This document shows positions 28,166-41,447 of a stretch of 64,000 bases of DNA, piece by piece; the first letter of the stretch is position 1; each line of letters begins with the position of its first letter. The position numbers and the translations under genes are program-made. Below the pieces are notes generated by a model, which was given only the letters and a program-made list of their open reading frames with translations, did no database searches and was not told the DNA's origin. This stretch comes from Candidatus Limnocylindria bacterium. Lineage in GTDB: Bacteria; Chloroflexota; Limnocylindria; P2-11E. The DNA is taken from the NCBI GenBank assembly GCA_038207785.1, contig JBBQZK010000001.1:9405-73404 (forward strand). Reading direction: 5' to 3'.

Positions 28166-28257
28166 CGGCACGAGCGTGACCGATGTGATCGCGACCGGAC
28201 CCTCGGGCCGCGCGGGAATGTCCAGGCCCTCGCGGAGGGCCGGCAGTCGAGCGGAGC

Positions 28258-28881
28258 TCACGCTCGGTCCGACCGCCAGGTCTCGCCGGCGTCCCGGATC
28301 GTCGCCGGTCCGCCGGCACGGACCCGGAGGTGGCCGAAGCGCTGGTTGATGCTCGAGCCGAGCGCCTCGATGTCGGCGCCGTACACGTGGATCGAGATGG
28401 CCGGACCTGCCCCGGCGTTGCTGACGCGGTGGATGTTCTCCTCGGGCGGGACGAGTGCCGAGCAGTCGCCGCGAGCCGCCCGCTCGTGTCCCGCCTCGAC
28501 GAGGTAGCGGTCCTCGCCGGACCGCATGAGGCGGTAGCGGATCTGGGACTCCTCCCCCTCGTACACGCCCACGACGCACCAGCAGATGTGGTCGTGGATG
28601 GGCGTGGCCTGGCCGGGATGCCACACGAGGGCGACGACGCTGAACGAGCGATCCGGGGAGACCGCGAGCACGTGTTGGGTGTAGCGGTCAGGGGTGCCGG
28701 CTCGCGCACCCTCGGGCAGCCACGAGCGATCCGCGAGGAGCGGCGGCAAGCGCCGCATCGCGAGATCGGCCATCTCCCGGGGACCTCTGCCGTCGGCCTG
28801 CGCCGCCGACAGCTGGGCCACGAACGATCGCAGCGCGGGCGCGAGCGTCGGCGCTGACGGACCGGACCTCACCGCTTGCAT
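28258..28881 (-). CDS. cupin-fold protein (cysteine dioxygenase type I-like)
   Basis: It has ...ALVWHPGQATPIHDHICWCVVGVYEGEE.... The ATG at 28881 lies inside the operator. The ORF-track GTG is at 28893. Confidence 0.55.
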   Translation of the reverse strand: MQAVRSGPSAPTLAPALRSFVAQLSAAQADGRGPREMADLAMRRLPPLLADRSWLPEGARAGTPDRYTQHVLAVSPDRSFSVVALVWHPGQATPIHDHICWCVVGVYEGEESQIRYRLMRSGEDRYLVEAGHERAARGDCSALVPPEENIHRVSNAGAGPAISIHVYGADIEALGSSINQRFGHLRVRAGGPATIRDAGETWRSDRA

Positions 28882-28893
28882 GTTACGTGACAC
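28880..28893. promoter_or_regulatory. operator variant ATGTTACGTGACAC spanning the stop of the amidohydrolase gene and the start of the cupin gene
   Basis: The amidohydrolase TAA is at 28885..28883 and the cupin ATG at 28881..28879. Confidence 0.5.
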
Positions 28894-30145
28894 GGCTGGT
28901 GCCGCCGCGCGGCCGCTCCTCGAGGGGAGCGGCTGAACGGATGCGGACCCCGGACTGCATCACGAACCGCACGCGCCCGCGGTCGCTGAAGAGCGCCGGC
29001 TCGGACAACGGGTCCCCGGCGACGCCGATGAGGTCCGCCTGCTTACCCGGTTCGAGCGTGCCGACCGTGTCCAGCCCGAGGCAGGCGGCCGCCGTCTTCG
29101 TGGCCGCCATGATGGCCTGCAACGGAGTCATGCCGGCTTCGACCATGAAGCTGATCTCCTCGGCGTTCGCGCCATGCGGGCCGATGCCGGTGTCCGTCCC
29201 CATCGCGATCCGCACGCCCATCCGGAGGGCCAGCTGGAATGCCTCACGATGCCGCCCGATCAGGGCGTCCGCCTTCTTGATCACGTAGCTCGGCATGGCC
29301 GCCGGATCCGCGTCGGCCCGCCGGCGGGTCCACGGCAGCGCCGAAAGCGTCGGCACGAGGAACGTTCCGCGCTCGACCATCATCAGGCAGGCTTCCTCGT
29401 CGAGGAAGGTCCCGTGCTCGATGGACTCGATCCCGGCAAGCACGGCGTTCTTGATCCCCTGCGCCGAGTGAGCGTGAGCCATCACGGTCTTCCCCGCGGC
29501 GTGCGCCTCGTAGACGACGACGGCGATCTCCTCCGGCGAGAATCCCGTGGCGGTCGGCTCGTCGCTCGGCGACATGACCCCACCCGAGGTCAGCACCTTG
29601 ATCTGATCGGCGCCCGCGCGGAGCAGCTCGCGGGTGCCACGCCGAACGGCGTCCACGCCGTCGACCACGGCCATCGGGCGCTCCGCGTCCACGGGAAGGC
29701 GCATGACCACGCCCATCGGCATGAGCTGATCGCCGTGCCCACCGGTCTGAGACAGCGCGCCGACCGAGAGGCGCATCCGCGGCCCCGGGAACAGGCCACG
29801 GTCCACCGCGAGCCTGACTCCACGGGGCGTCCCGCCGCCATCGCGCACGGTCGTGATGCCCGCCTCCAGCGTCGCGCGCGCGTTGAACAGAGCCTGGGCG
29901 GTCACGAGGCTCGACGGCGTGAGCAGCTTCTCCTGCGCGTTGAAGGTCGTGATCCCCAGGTGCACGTGGCTGTCGATGAGTCCGGGGAGGATCGTCAGCT
30001 CGGACGCGTCGATCACCTCCGCGTCTCGCGGGCGCTCGCTGCCGACGCGCTCGATGCGGCCGTCGGCGATGGTGATCCAGGCTGGGCGCACCGGATCGGC
30101 GCCGGTGCCGTCGATGACCCCGCCCGCGTGGATCGCCGTCCTCAC
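28883..30145 (-). CDS. amidohydrolase-superfamily protein
   Basis: It has ...ILPGLIDSHVHLG... and ...GTDTGIGPHG... and ...GKQADLIGV.... Confidence 0.75.
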   Translation of the reverse strand: MRTAIHAGGVIDGTGADPVRPAWITIADGRIERVGSERPRDAEVIDASELTILPGLIDSHVHLGITTFNAQEKLLTPSSLVTAQALFNARATLEAGITTVRDGGGTPRGVRLAVDRGLFPGPRMRLSVGALSQTGGHGDQLMPMGVVMRLPVDAERPMAVVDGVDAVRRGTRELLRAGADQIKVLTSGGVMSPSDEPTATGFSPEEIAVVVYEAHAAGKTVMAHAHSAQGIKNAVLAGIESIEHGTFLDEEACLMMVERGTFLVPTLSALPWTRRRADADPAAMPSYVIKKADALIGRHREAFQLALRMGVRIAMGTDTGIGPHGANAEEISFMVEAGMTPLQAIMAATKTAAACLGLDTVGTLEPGKQADLIGVAGDPLSEPALFSDRGRVRFVMQSGVRIRSAAPLEERPRGGTSRVT

Positions 30146-30149
30146 GGCC

Positions 30150-30863
30150 TCAGATCCCCCACTTGGCGCGATCGGCGGCCTCGGAGTCGGTCCAGTGCGC
30201 GACGCGCGCGGTCATCCCCATCGCGTCGATGTAGCTCTCGCCGCCGACCATCCGCGCGTGCCGCTCCTCTTCCAGCGCGGCATGCGCCTCGGTCAGCTCG
30301 ATGACCCGCTCGGCGTCCGCGCGCGGCACGACGACGACGCCGTCGTCGTCGCCCAGGATCAGGTCGCCCGGCTGCACAGGAATGCCGCCGCACTGGATCG
30401 GGATGTTGATCGCCCCCGGCCCGGCGCCAGGCCAGAGCGGCATCGCCACCGACCGGGCGAAGACCGGCCAGCCCTTCGCGCGCAGGATCGTCGCGTCGCG
30501 CACCCCGCCGTCCACCACGATCCCGGCCGCACCGGCCCGCTCCAGGTACCAGGCGATGCGGTCGCCCATGCAGCAGAACTCCTTGATGCCGGCCGCATCC
30601 ACGACGATGACCTCGCCCGGACGGACCACGTCCGACGACTTCAGGACGAAGAGCGCATCGGCGGCCCGGGTCCACACCGTCACCGCAGGCCCGCAGACCT
30701 TCATCCCCGGTGCGATCGGCTTGATCTCGTGATGCACGGCCCCGTGACGACCCATCGCGTCATACGCATGCACCGGCGGGTGCGCCCTGAACCGCTCGAT
30801 GAGCCCTGCGGGCAGCGGCTCGGGCGCCGCGAGGATCTTCCCGTACTGGCTGTGCCGCTCCAT
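30150..30863 (-). CDS. RraA-family protein (RraA/HMG-CHA aldolase/oxaloacetate decarboxylase-like)
   Basis: It has ...GIVVDGGVRD... and ...GWPVFARS.... The ATG at 30863 has a GGAGG RBS. The ORF-track extension is junk. Confidence 0.7.
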   Translation of the reverse strand: MERHSQYGKILAAPEPLPAGLIERFRAHPPVHAYDAMGRHGAVHHEIKPIAPGMKVCGPAVTVWTRAADALFVLKSSDVVRPGEVIVVDAAGIKEFCCMGDRIAWYLERAGAAGIVVDGGVRDATILRAKGWPVFARSVAMPLWPGAGPGAINIPIQCGGIPVQPGDLILGDDDGVVVVPRADAERVIELTEAHAALEEERHARMVGGESYIDAMGMTARVAHWTDSEAADRAKWGI

Positions 30864-30918
30864 GATGTCGCCTCCGTCGCCGAACTCTGGCCCACCCGGT
30901 CCGCGTGGTCGCTTGGGA

Positions 30919-31944
30919 TCACGACCAGTCCAGCACGACCTTTCCGCACTCACCCGAGCGCACGACGGCGAAGGCCTCCGCGAACTGCGCCGCGCGGAAC
31001 CGGTGCGTGATGACCGCACCGATGTCGAGGCCGCTCTGGAGCATCGAGCCCATCCGATACCAGGTCTCGAACATCTCCCGGCCGTAAATGCCCTTGATCG
31101 TGAGGCCGCGGAAGATGACTTGGTTCCAGTCGATCGCCACCTCTTCGTTGGGGATCCCGAGGAGCGCGATGCGACCGCCGTGGTTCATCGTGGCGAGCAT
31201 CGAACGGAGCGCGGCCGGGCTTCCGGACATCTCGAGTCCGATGTCGAACCCCTCCAGCATCCCGAGCTCTGCCATGACGCCGCTGAAGGTGGTCGCCGCC
31301 GGGTCCACCGCGAGCGTCGCGCCGAGCGTTCGCGCAAGGTCGAGCCGGTACGGATTGCGGTCGCTGACCACGACGTAGCGGGCGCCCACGAACTGGCTCA
31401 CCGCCGCGGCCATCACCCCGATCGGTCCGGCGCCGGTGATGAGCACGTCCTCGCCGGCGAGCTCGAAGGACAGCGCGCTGTGGATCGCGTTGCCGAGCGG
31501 ATCGAGGCATGAGCCGATCTCGTCCGGCATGCCGGCGGGCAGCACATACGCGTTCGTCGCAGGCACCGTCACCTCGTCGGCGAACGCTCCGGGGCGCTGG
31601 ACCCCGATCCCCTCGGTGTTTCGGCACAGGTGGCGGCGGCCGGCCCGGCAGTTCCGGCAATGGCCGCAGGTCACGTGGCCCTCGACAGCGACCCGCTGTC
31701 CGATCTCGAATCCGCGCACGAGATCGCCGATCTCGACGATCGACCCCATGAATTCGTGGCCGACGACCAGCCCGATCGGCACGTTGGCGCGGGACCAGGC
31801 ATCCCAGTTCCAGATGTGCAGATCGGTGCCGCAGATCGAGGTGTAATGGACGCGGATCCGTAGATCGTTGGGGCCGGTCAGGGGAGCCGGCACATCGTCG
31901 AGCCAGAGTCCGGCCTCGGGCCTGCTCTTCACGAGCGCGCGCAT
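30919..31944 (-). CDS. tdh: L-threonine 3-dehydrogenase
   Basis: It is near-collinear with E. coli Tdh (…[14 protein letters not shown]… …[19 protein letters not shown]… …GKVVLDWS). It is ATGA-coupled to kbl. Confidence 0.9.
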   Translation of the reverse strand: MRALVKSRPEAGLWLDDVPAPLTGPNDLRIRVHYTSICGTDLHIWNWDAWSRANVPIGLVVGHEFMGSIVEIGDLVRGFEIGQRVAVEGHVTCGHCRNCRAGRRHLCRNTEGIGVQRPGAFADEVTVPATNAYVLPAGMPDEIGSCLDPLGNAIHSALSFELAGEDVLITGAGPIGVMAAAVSQFVGARYVVVSDRNPYRLDLARTLGATLAVDPAATTFSGVMAELGMLEGFDIGLEMSGSPAALRSMLATMNHGGRIALLGIPNEEVAIDWNQVIFRGLTIKGIYGREMFETWYRMGSMLQSGLDIGAVITHRFRAAQFAEAFAVVRSGECGKVVLDWS

Positions 31945-33134
31945 CAGCTGGCGCCGAGCTCCCGTCCGGCGGTCGCGAACGCCTCGAGCGCGCGGTCGAC
32001 GTGCGCGGACTCGTGGGCGGCCGAGAGCTGTACGCGGATCCGCGCCTCCCCGCGCGGCACGACCGGGAACGAGAATGCGATGACGTAGATCCCGAGCTCG
32101 AGGAGCCGGTCGGCCATCCTCGTCGCGAGGCCCGCGTCGCCAAGCATGACCGGCACGATCGGATGCTCGCCGGGAATGATCCGGAAGCCGCGCTGCGCCA
32201 TCCCCTCGCGGAACCGGACCGTGTTCGCCCAGAGCCGCTCTCGCTCCAGGCTGGATCGCTCGATGAGATCCAGCACCGCGATCGACGTCGCGGCGATCAC
32301 GGGTGCGAGGCTGTTCGAGAACAGGTAGGGCCGGGACCGCTGCCGCATGAGCTCGACGATCTCTTTGCGCCCGGAGATATAGCCGCCGGAGGCGCCACCC
32401 AGCGCCTTGCCGAGCGTGCCCGTGATGACGTCCACCCGGCCGACCACACCACCGGCCTCGTGGGATCCGCGGCCGCTCGCGCCCATGACGCCGACCCCGT
32501 GCGAGTCGTCGACCATGACGAGCGCGTTCGAGCGGTCCGCGAGATCGCAGATGCCGCGGAGATCCGCCACGACGCCGTCCATCGAGAACACCCCGTCGGT
32601 CGCGATGACCGTGAAGCGGGCTCCCGAAGCCGCGGCGAGCTGACGCTCGAGATCGTCCAGATCGTTGTTCGCGTACCGGTAGCGCGTCGCTTTGGACAGA
32701 CGCACGCCGTCGATGATGCTGGCATGGTTGAGGGCATCGCTGATGATCGCGTCACCCTCGCCCACGAGCGTCTCGAAGAGGCCCCCATTCGCGTCGAAGC
32801 ACGAGCCATAGAGGATGGTGTCCTCGGTGCCGAGGAAGCGCGTCAGGCGATCCTCGAGCTCGGTGTGGATCTCCTGCGTGCCGCAGATGAACCGGACCGA
32901 CGAGAGCCCATAGCCCCACCGATCGAGGGCCCGGTGGGCCGCGGCCACGACGTCCGGGTGATTGGAGAGCCCGAGGTAGTTGTTCGCGCAGAAATTGAGG
33001 ACCTCGCCGCCCGGGCGAGCGACGATGACGGCCCCCTGGGCCGAGGCGAGGACCCGTTCGCGCTTGAACAGCCCGGCATCACGGATGCCGTCGAGCTGCC
33101 CGCGGAGGTGGTCGGACAGCGCGGTCGTCCGCAT
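31944..33134 (-). CDS. kbl: 2-amino-3-ketobutyrate CoA ligase (glycine C-acetyltransferase)
   Basis: It is near-collinear with E. coli Kbl (…[15 protein letters not shown]… …SVRFICGTQ… …[12 protein letters not shown]…). The MRTT start at 33134 matches the E. coli N-terminus. An alternative ATG at 33146 lies inside the operator. Confidence 0.9.
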   Translation of the reverse strand: MRTTALSDHLRGQLDGIRDAGLFKRERVLASAQGAVIVARPGGEVLNFCANNYLGLSNHPDVVAAAHRALDRWGYGLSSVRFICGTQEIHTELEDRLTRFLGTEDTILYGSCFDANGGLFETLVGEGDAIISDALNHASIIDGVRLSKATRYRYANNDLDDLERQLAAASGARFTVIATDGVFSMDGVVADLRGICDLADRSNALVMVDDSHGVGVMGASGRGSHEAGGVVGRVDVITGTLGKALGGASGGYISGRKEIVELMRQRSRPYLFSNSLAPVIAATSIAVLDLIERSSLERERLWANTVRFREGMAQRGFRIIPGEHPIVPVMLGDAGLATRMADRLLELGIYVIAFSFPVVPRGEARIRVQLSAAHESAHVDRALEAFATAGRELGAS

Positions 33135-33158
33135 GCTACGTAACATGTTACGTCAGTG
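33133..33158. promoter_or_regulatory. two overlapping operator variants, ATGCTACGTAACAT at 33133-33146 and ATGTTACGTCAGTG at 33145-33158, between kbl and the asparaginase gene
   Basis: They overlap the kbl start codon(s) and end just before the asparaginase GTG at 33156. Confidence 0.55.
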
Positions 33159-34196
33159 CCACGCGGCGCAGCCGACCGCAGTGATCACGCGCTGAGCGAG
33201 CTGCTGCTCGAGGTCACCCGGGGCGCGCTGGTCGAGGAGCGACACCGGGGCGCGCTGGCCGTCGTCACGCCGGACGGTCAGCTGGCGCACGCGGCCGGGG
33301 ATCCGGACGCGACCGTGGCGTACCTGCGATCCGCGGCGAAGCCGTTCCAGGCCATCGCGCTCGTGCGGAGCGGCGCCGCTGACCGGTTCGATCTGAACGC
33401 CGCGGATCTCGCCCTGTGCTGCGCGTCGCACAACGGCGAGGAACGGCACATCGCCGGCGTGGCCGCGCTGCTCGAAAAGATCGGCTGCAGCGAACGGGAT
33501 CTCGCCTGCGGCACATACCCACCCCTCCTCGCGGCTGCCGCCGCCGCTCTGGACCGGCGCGGCGAGCGCCCCACCGCCCTGCACAACAACTGCAGCGGCA
33601 AGCACGCCGGCATGCTCGCGCTCGCGCTCCACCTTGGTGCTCCGATCAGGGGCTACCTGCAGTCAGACCATCCCGTGCAGCGGGAGATCCTGGCTGACGT
33701 CTCGCGTTTCACCGGCGTGCCGGTCGAGCGCATCGCCCAGGCTATCGACGGCTGCGGCGCACCCACCTTCGGCACCCCGGTCACCGGGATGGCCCTGGCC
33801 TTCGCGCGTCTCGCGAACCCGGATGTGCTGCGCGGAGCTGATCGCTCGGCTGCGCTGCGGCTCCGGGACGCGATGATCGCAGAGCCCTATCTGGTGGGCG
33901 GTGCGGAAAGCTTCGACACTGCGGCGATGACCAACGGCGTCGGCCGACTGGTGTCGAAGCGGGGCGCGAGCGGAGTGCAATGCGTCGGCGTCGTGGGCCG
34001 GCTGGGCATCGCGGTCAAGATGGAGGCCGGATCGGCGGCGCCCGGCCCGGCTGCCGCCGTGATGTGCGCGGCGCTTCAGCAGCTGCGGGTGCTCGATCAG
34101 CCCGGCGAGCTTGCGCTCGACGCTTTCGCCCGCCCGCCGATCCGTAGCGTCGTCGGAGACATCGTGGGGCAGACTCGCGCTGTGTTCGTCCTCTAG
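33156..34196 (+). CDS. L-asparaginase II family protein (PF06089-type)
   Basis: It has the hallmark ...HNNCSGKHAGMLAL... and an N-terminal ...LLLEVTRGALVEERHRGALAV.... It uses a GTG start. Confidence 0.8.
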   Translation: MPRGAADRSDHALSELLLEVTRGALVEERHRGALAVVTPDGQLAHAAGDPDATVAYLRSAAKPFQAIALVRSGAADRFDLNAADLALCCASHNGEERHIAGVAALLEKIGCSERDLACGTYPPLLAAAAAALDRRGERPTALHNNCSGKHAGMLALALHLGAPIRGYLQSDHPVQREILADVSRFTGVPVERIAQAIDGCGAPTFGTPVTGMALAFARLANPDVLRGADRSAALRLRDAMIAEPYLVGGAESFDTAAMTNGVGRLVSKRGASGVQCVGVVGRLGIAVKMEAGSAAPGPAAAVMCAALQQLRVLDQPGELALDAFARPPIRSVVGDIVGQTRAVFVL

Positions 34197-34245
34197 CCCT
34201 GGACGCACGCGATGCCCACGCGTGGGACCGCAAGTAGCGCGACGC

Positions 34246-34886
34246 TCAGGAAGCGGATGGACGGGAACGAGGGGACGATCCGGACGCGCGTCCTGTACCA
34301 GCGACGCGCGGCAGCCAGGCCGCGCGCTGCGACTCGTATGCCGCGATCGCCGGGGCGTGCGCGAGCGTCAGATCGATCTCGTCCCGGCCGGCGAGGAGTC
34401 GCGCGCGCGAGCTGTCGTCGATCGCGAACGGCGCGTGGTAGCCGAGCGCCGGCACCGCCACGCTCCGCCGGTCCACGTCGACCGTCAGCTCGATCAGGGG
34501 ATCCGCGGCGACCGCCGCGAGGATGCGCGCGACGTCCGCCGCCGGCAGCTCCGCGAGCACGAGCCCGACGGCGAGACAGTTGGAGCGGAAGATGTCGGCG
34601 AAGCTCGGCGCGACGACGGCCCGGAAGCCGCGATCATCGAGCGCCCATGCGGCGTGCTCCCGCGAGCTGCCGCAGCCGAAGTTCGCGCCGGCGACGAGCA
34701 CGGTCGCGCCGGCGAAGCGCGGATCGTTCAGAACGAACCCAGGGTCCGCGCACCACGCCGCGAAAAGTCCCGCCCCGTAGCCGGTGCGCTCGATGCGCTT
34801 GAGCCAGTCGCTCGGGATGATCTGGTCGGTGTCCACGTCGCGGCGGTCGAGCGGGAGCGCCCGCCCGGTGACCGCCCGCACGGCCC

Positions 34887-34890
<4 letters not shown>
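34246..34890 (-). CDS. leuD: 3-isopropylmalate dehydratase small subunit
   Basis: It has ...[19 protein letters not shown]... and is ATGA-coupled to leuC. Confidence 0.85.
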
Positions 34891-39314
<4,424 letters not shown>

Positions 39315-39327
39315 CTCTTCCTCCTGT

Positions 39328-39573
39328 TTATTCGGCCGGGTGGATGCGTGCGTCGCGTACGTCGATGAGCGATGCGAACTGACTGAGCGCGAGCGCCGCT
39401 TCCTTCGGCACCGCGCCCGCCTCGATGCGGACGGACCAGCGCCCCGCGTCGGCGCGGTCGGCGCGGAACGACCGCAGGCCGAGCCTGCGGCGCCGCACGA
39501 CGGACAGGACGCGCTCGATCGCGCCGGGTACCGCGTCGACCGTGAGCTCGAAGGTGTGTTGATCGTCGCTCAC
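39328..39573 (-). CDS. ilvN: acetolactate synthase small (regulatory) subunit, short single-ACT form (81 aa)
   Basis: It is ACT-like (…[31 protein letters not shown]… …[13 protein letters not shown]…). The GTG overlaps the ilvB stop (GTGA) and has a GAGGAG RBS. Confidence 0.6.
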   Translation of the reverse strand: MSDDQHTFELTVDAVPGAIERVLSVVRRRRLGLRSFRADRADAGRWSVRIEAGAVPKEAALALSQFASLIDVRDARIHPAE

Positions 39574-41285
39574 GAGAACGGCTCCTCGATGAGATCCGCG
39601 TTCGCGCCGCCCGGCGGCACGATCGGCCAGACATTCGCCTCGCGCTCGACGCGGATGTCGAGCACGACCGGACCCGGATGCGCTTTCGCGGTGGCGAGCG
39701 CGGGCGCGAGGTCGGCGCGCCGCTCGACGCAGAAGCCGAGGACGCCGTACGCATCCGCGAGCTTCACGTAGTCCGGGCTGCTGATGGGCGTCTGCGAGAT
39801 CCGGCCGTCGTGGAACAGCTGCTGCCACTGCCGGACCATGCCGAGGTAGCCGTTGTTCAGGATCGCGAGCTTCACCGGCGTGCCCTCCTGCACCGCGGTG
39901 CCAAGCTCCTGGATCGTCATCTGCGCGCCGCCGTCCCCGGCGATCGCCCAGACTTCCGACGCGGGCCGGCCGAGCTGCGCGCCGATCGCCGCGGGGAGCG
40001 CGTAGCCCATCGCGCCGAGGCCACCCGAGGTGAGGAACCGGTCCGGCTGGGTGAGCCGGAGGTGCTGCGCGGCCCACATCTGGTGCTGGCCGACGTCCGC
40101 GACGAAGTACGCGTCTTCGCTCGCCGCCTCGCGGATCGCGCGGATCACCAGCCGCGGCGGGAGCTCGACACGTCGCTCGTACTCGCTGACCCGCGGCCGC
40201 GGCCGGTCGTGCTCGAGGCGGGCCCGCCACTCGGGGCGCGTGACCTTCGGGAGGCGCGCGGCGATGGCGAACAGCACGGCACCGGCGTCGCCGAGGATGC
40301 CGAGTGCCGTCGGCACGTTCTTGCCGAGCTGCGTCGCGTCGATGTCCGCGTGGATGATGGCGGCCCGCGGCGCGAACGCGCTGATCTTGCCGGTGACGCG
40401 ATCATCGAACCGCAGACCCACGCCGAGGATGACGTCGGCGTCGTTGACCATCCGGTTCGCGGCTGCGCTCCCGTGCATGCCGAGCATGCCCGCGGCGAGC
40501 GGATGTTCTTCGGAGATCGCGCCGATGCCGAGGAGGGTCGTGACGATCGGCGCGTCGATGCGCTCGGCAAGGGCCCGCAGCTCACCGTGCGCGCCGGCCA
40601 GGCGGACGCCCTGACCGGCGATGATCACCGGCCGCGCCGCGCCCTGGAGGAGCGCCGCCGCGCGGTCGAGCGCGACCGGATCCGCTCCGGCCGGGGGTGG
40701 CGGCGCGAACGCGCTCTCAGCACGTGCGCGCGCCGCCGTCGCGCGCAGCTGGATGTCCTTCGGGATGTCGACGACGACCGGACCCGGCCGGCCGGCACGC
40801 GCGACCGCGAACGCCTGGTGGATCGTGGGCTCGATGTCCTCGACCCGCTCGACGAGGAACGCGTGCTTCGTGACGGCGCCGACCAGCCCGAGGACGTCGG
40901 TCTCCTGGAACGCGTCGCGTCCCATGAGCGGCGTCGACACCTGGCCGGTGATCGCCACGACCGGGACGCTGTCCATGTACGCGCAGGCGAGCCCGGTCAC
41001 AAGGTTCGTGGCTCCGGGGCCGGAGGTCGCGACGCAGACGCCGGCGCGTCCGGTGGCCCGCGCGTAGCCATCGGCCATGTGCGCTGCACCCTGCTCGTGC
41101 CGCACGAGCACGTGATGGACGCGCGGATGGTCGGGGAGTGCGTCGTACAGCGGAAGGCAGGCGCCCCCGGGATAGCCGAAGACGACGTCGGCGCCGGCGT
41201 GCTCGAGGGCACGCCACACGAGGTCGGCACCGCGCAGCGTGACCGCGTCGGCTGCCGGGATCGCCGGCCGGATCTGCGTCGCCAT
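39570..41285 (-). CDS. ilvB: acetolactate synthase large subunit
   Basis: It has the TPP/FAD ALS fold (…GYPGGACLPLYDAL… …GDGGAQMTIQELGT…) and a GAAGGAGG RBS. Confidence 0.9.
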   Translation of the reverse strand: MATQIRPAIPAADAVTLRGADLVWRALEHAGADVVFGYPGGACLPLYDALPDHPRVHHVLVRHEQGAAHMADGYARATGRAGVCVATSGPGATNLVTGLACAYMDSVPVVAITGQVSTPLMGRDAFQETDVLGLVGAVTKHAFLVERVEDIEPTIHQAFAVARAGRPGPVVVDIPKDIQLRATAARARAESAFAPPPPAGADPVALDRAAALLQGAARPVIIAGQGVRLAGAHGELRALAERIDAPIVTTLLGIGAISEEHPLAAGMLGMHGSAAANRMVNDADVILGVGLRFDDRVTGKISAFAPRAAIIHADIDATQLGKNVPTALGILGDAGAVLFAIAARLPKVTRPEWRARLEHDRPRPRVSEYERRVELPPRLVIRAIREAASEDAYFVADVGQHQMWAAQHLRLTQPDRFLTSGGLGAMGYALPAAIGAQLGRPASEVWAIAGDGGAQMTIQELGTAVQEGTPVKLAILNNGYLGMVRQWQQLFHDGRISQTPISSPDYVKLADAYGVLGFCVERRADLAPALATAKAHPGPVVLDIRVEREANVWPIVPPGGANADLIEEPFS

Positions 41286-41304
41286 GAGCGGGCCTCCTTC
41301 TCGC

Positions 41305-41341
41305 GTACATAAGAGGAAGGCCTCCCATTGCTGGGAGGCCT
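41305..41341 (-). terminator. ilvB leader attenuator: a 10-bp GC hairpin (AGGCCUCCCA-GCAA-UGGGAGGCCU) followed by UUCCUCUUAUGU
   Basis: It lies about 30 nt downstream of the leader-peptide stop and about 20 nt upstream of the ilvB RBS. An alternative pairing, CUGGGAGGC (overlapping the leader stop) with GCCUCCCAG, would form an anti-terminator. Confidence 0.55.
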
Positions 41342-41372
41342 CCGTGGTGGGTTCTGCGTGTCGCCTGTGCCG

Positions 41373-41447
41373 CTAGCCTCCCAGCCGTCTCCCATCGCCC
41401 TCAATAAGGACGATGCCGATAACGACGACGAGGCCGAGCTGGCGCAT
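41373..41447 (-). CDS. ilv operon leader peptide MRQLGLVVVIGIVLIEGDGRRLGG
   Basis: It is a 24-codon ORF with 10 of 13 consecutive codons Val/Ile/Leu. It sits immediately upstream of the attenuator hairpin. Confidence 0.55.
   Translation of the reverse strand: MRQLGLVVVIGIVLIEGDGRRLGG

Noticed and set aside
26207-28624. 805-aa amidohydrolase with a long N-terminal extension
   Set aside because: The extension is Arg/Pro/Gly-rich and overlaps the cupin gene. An internal ATG at 28165 gives a clean amidohydrolase N-terminus.
28913-28935. Hairpin CCGCTCC-TCGAGG-GGAGCGG inside the 3' end of the amidohydrolase coding region
   Set aside because: The stem is only 7 bp and lies inside coding sequence. 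This is likely an incidental GC palindrome. It is noted only because it lies just upstream of the internal operator.
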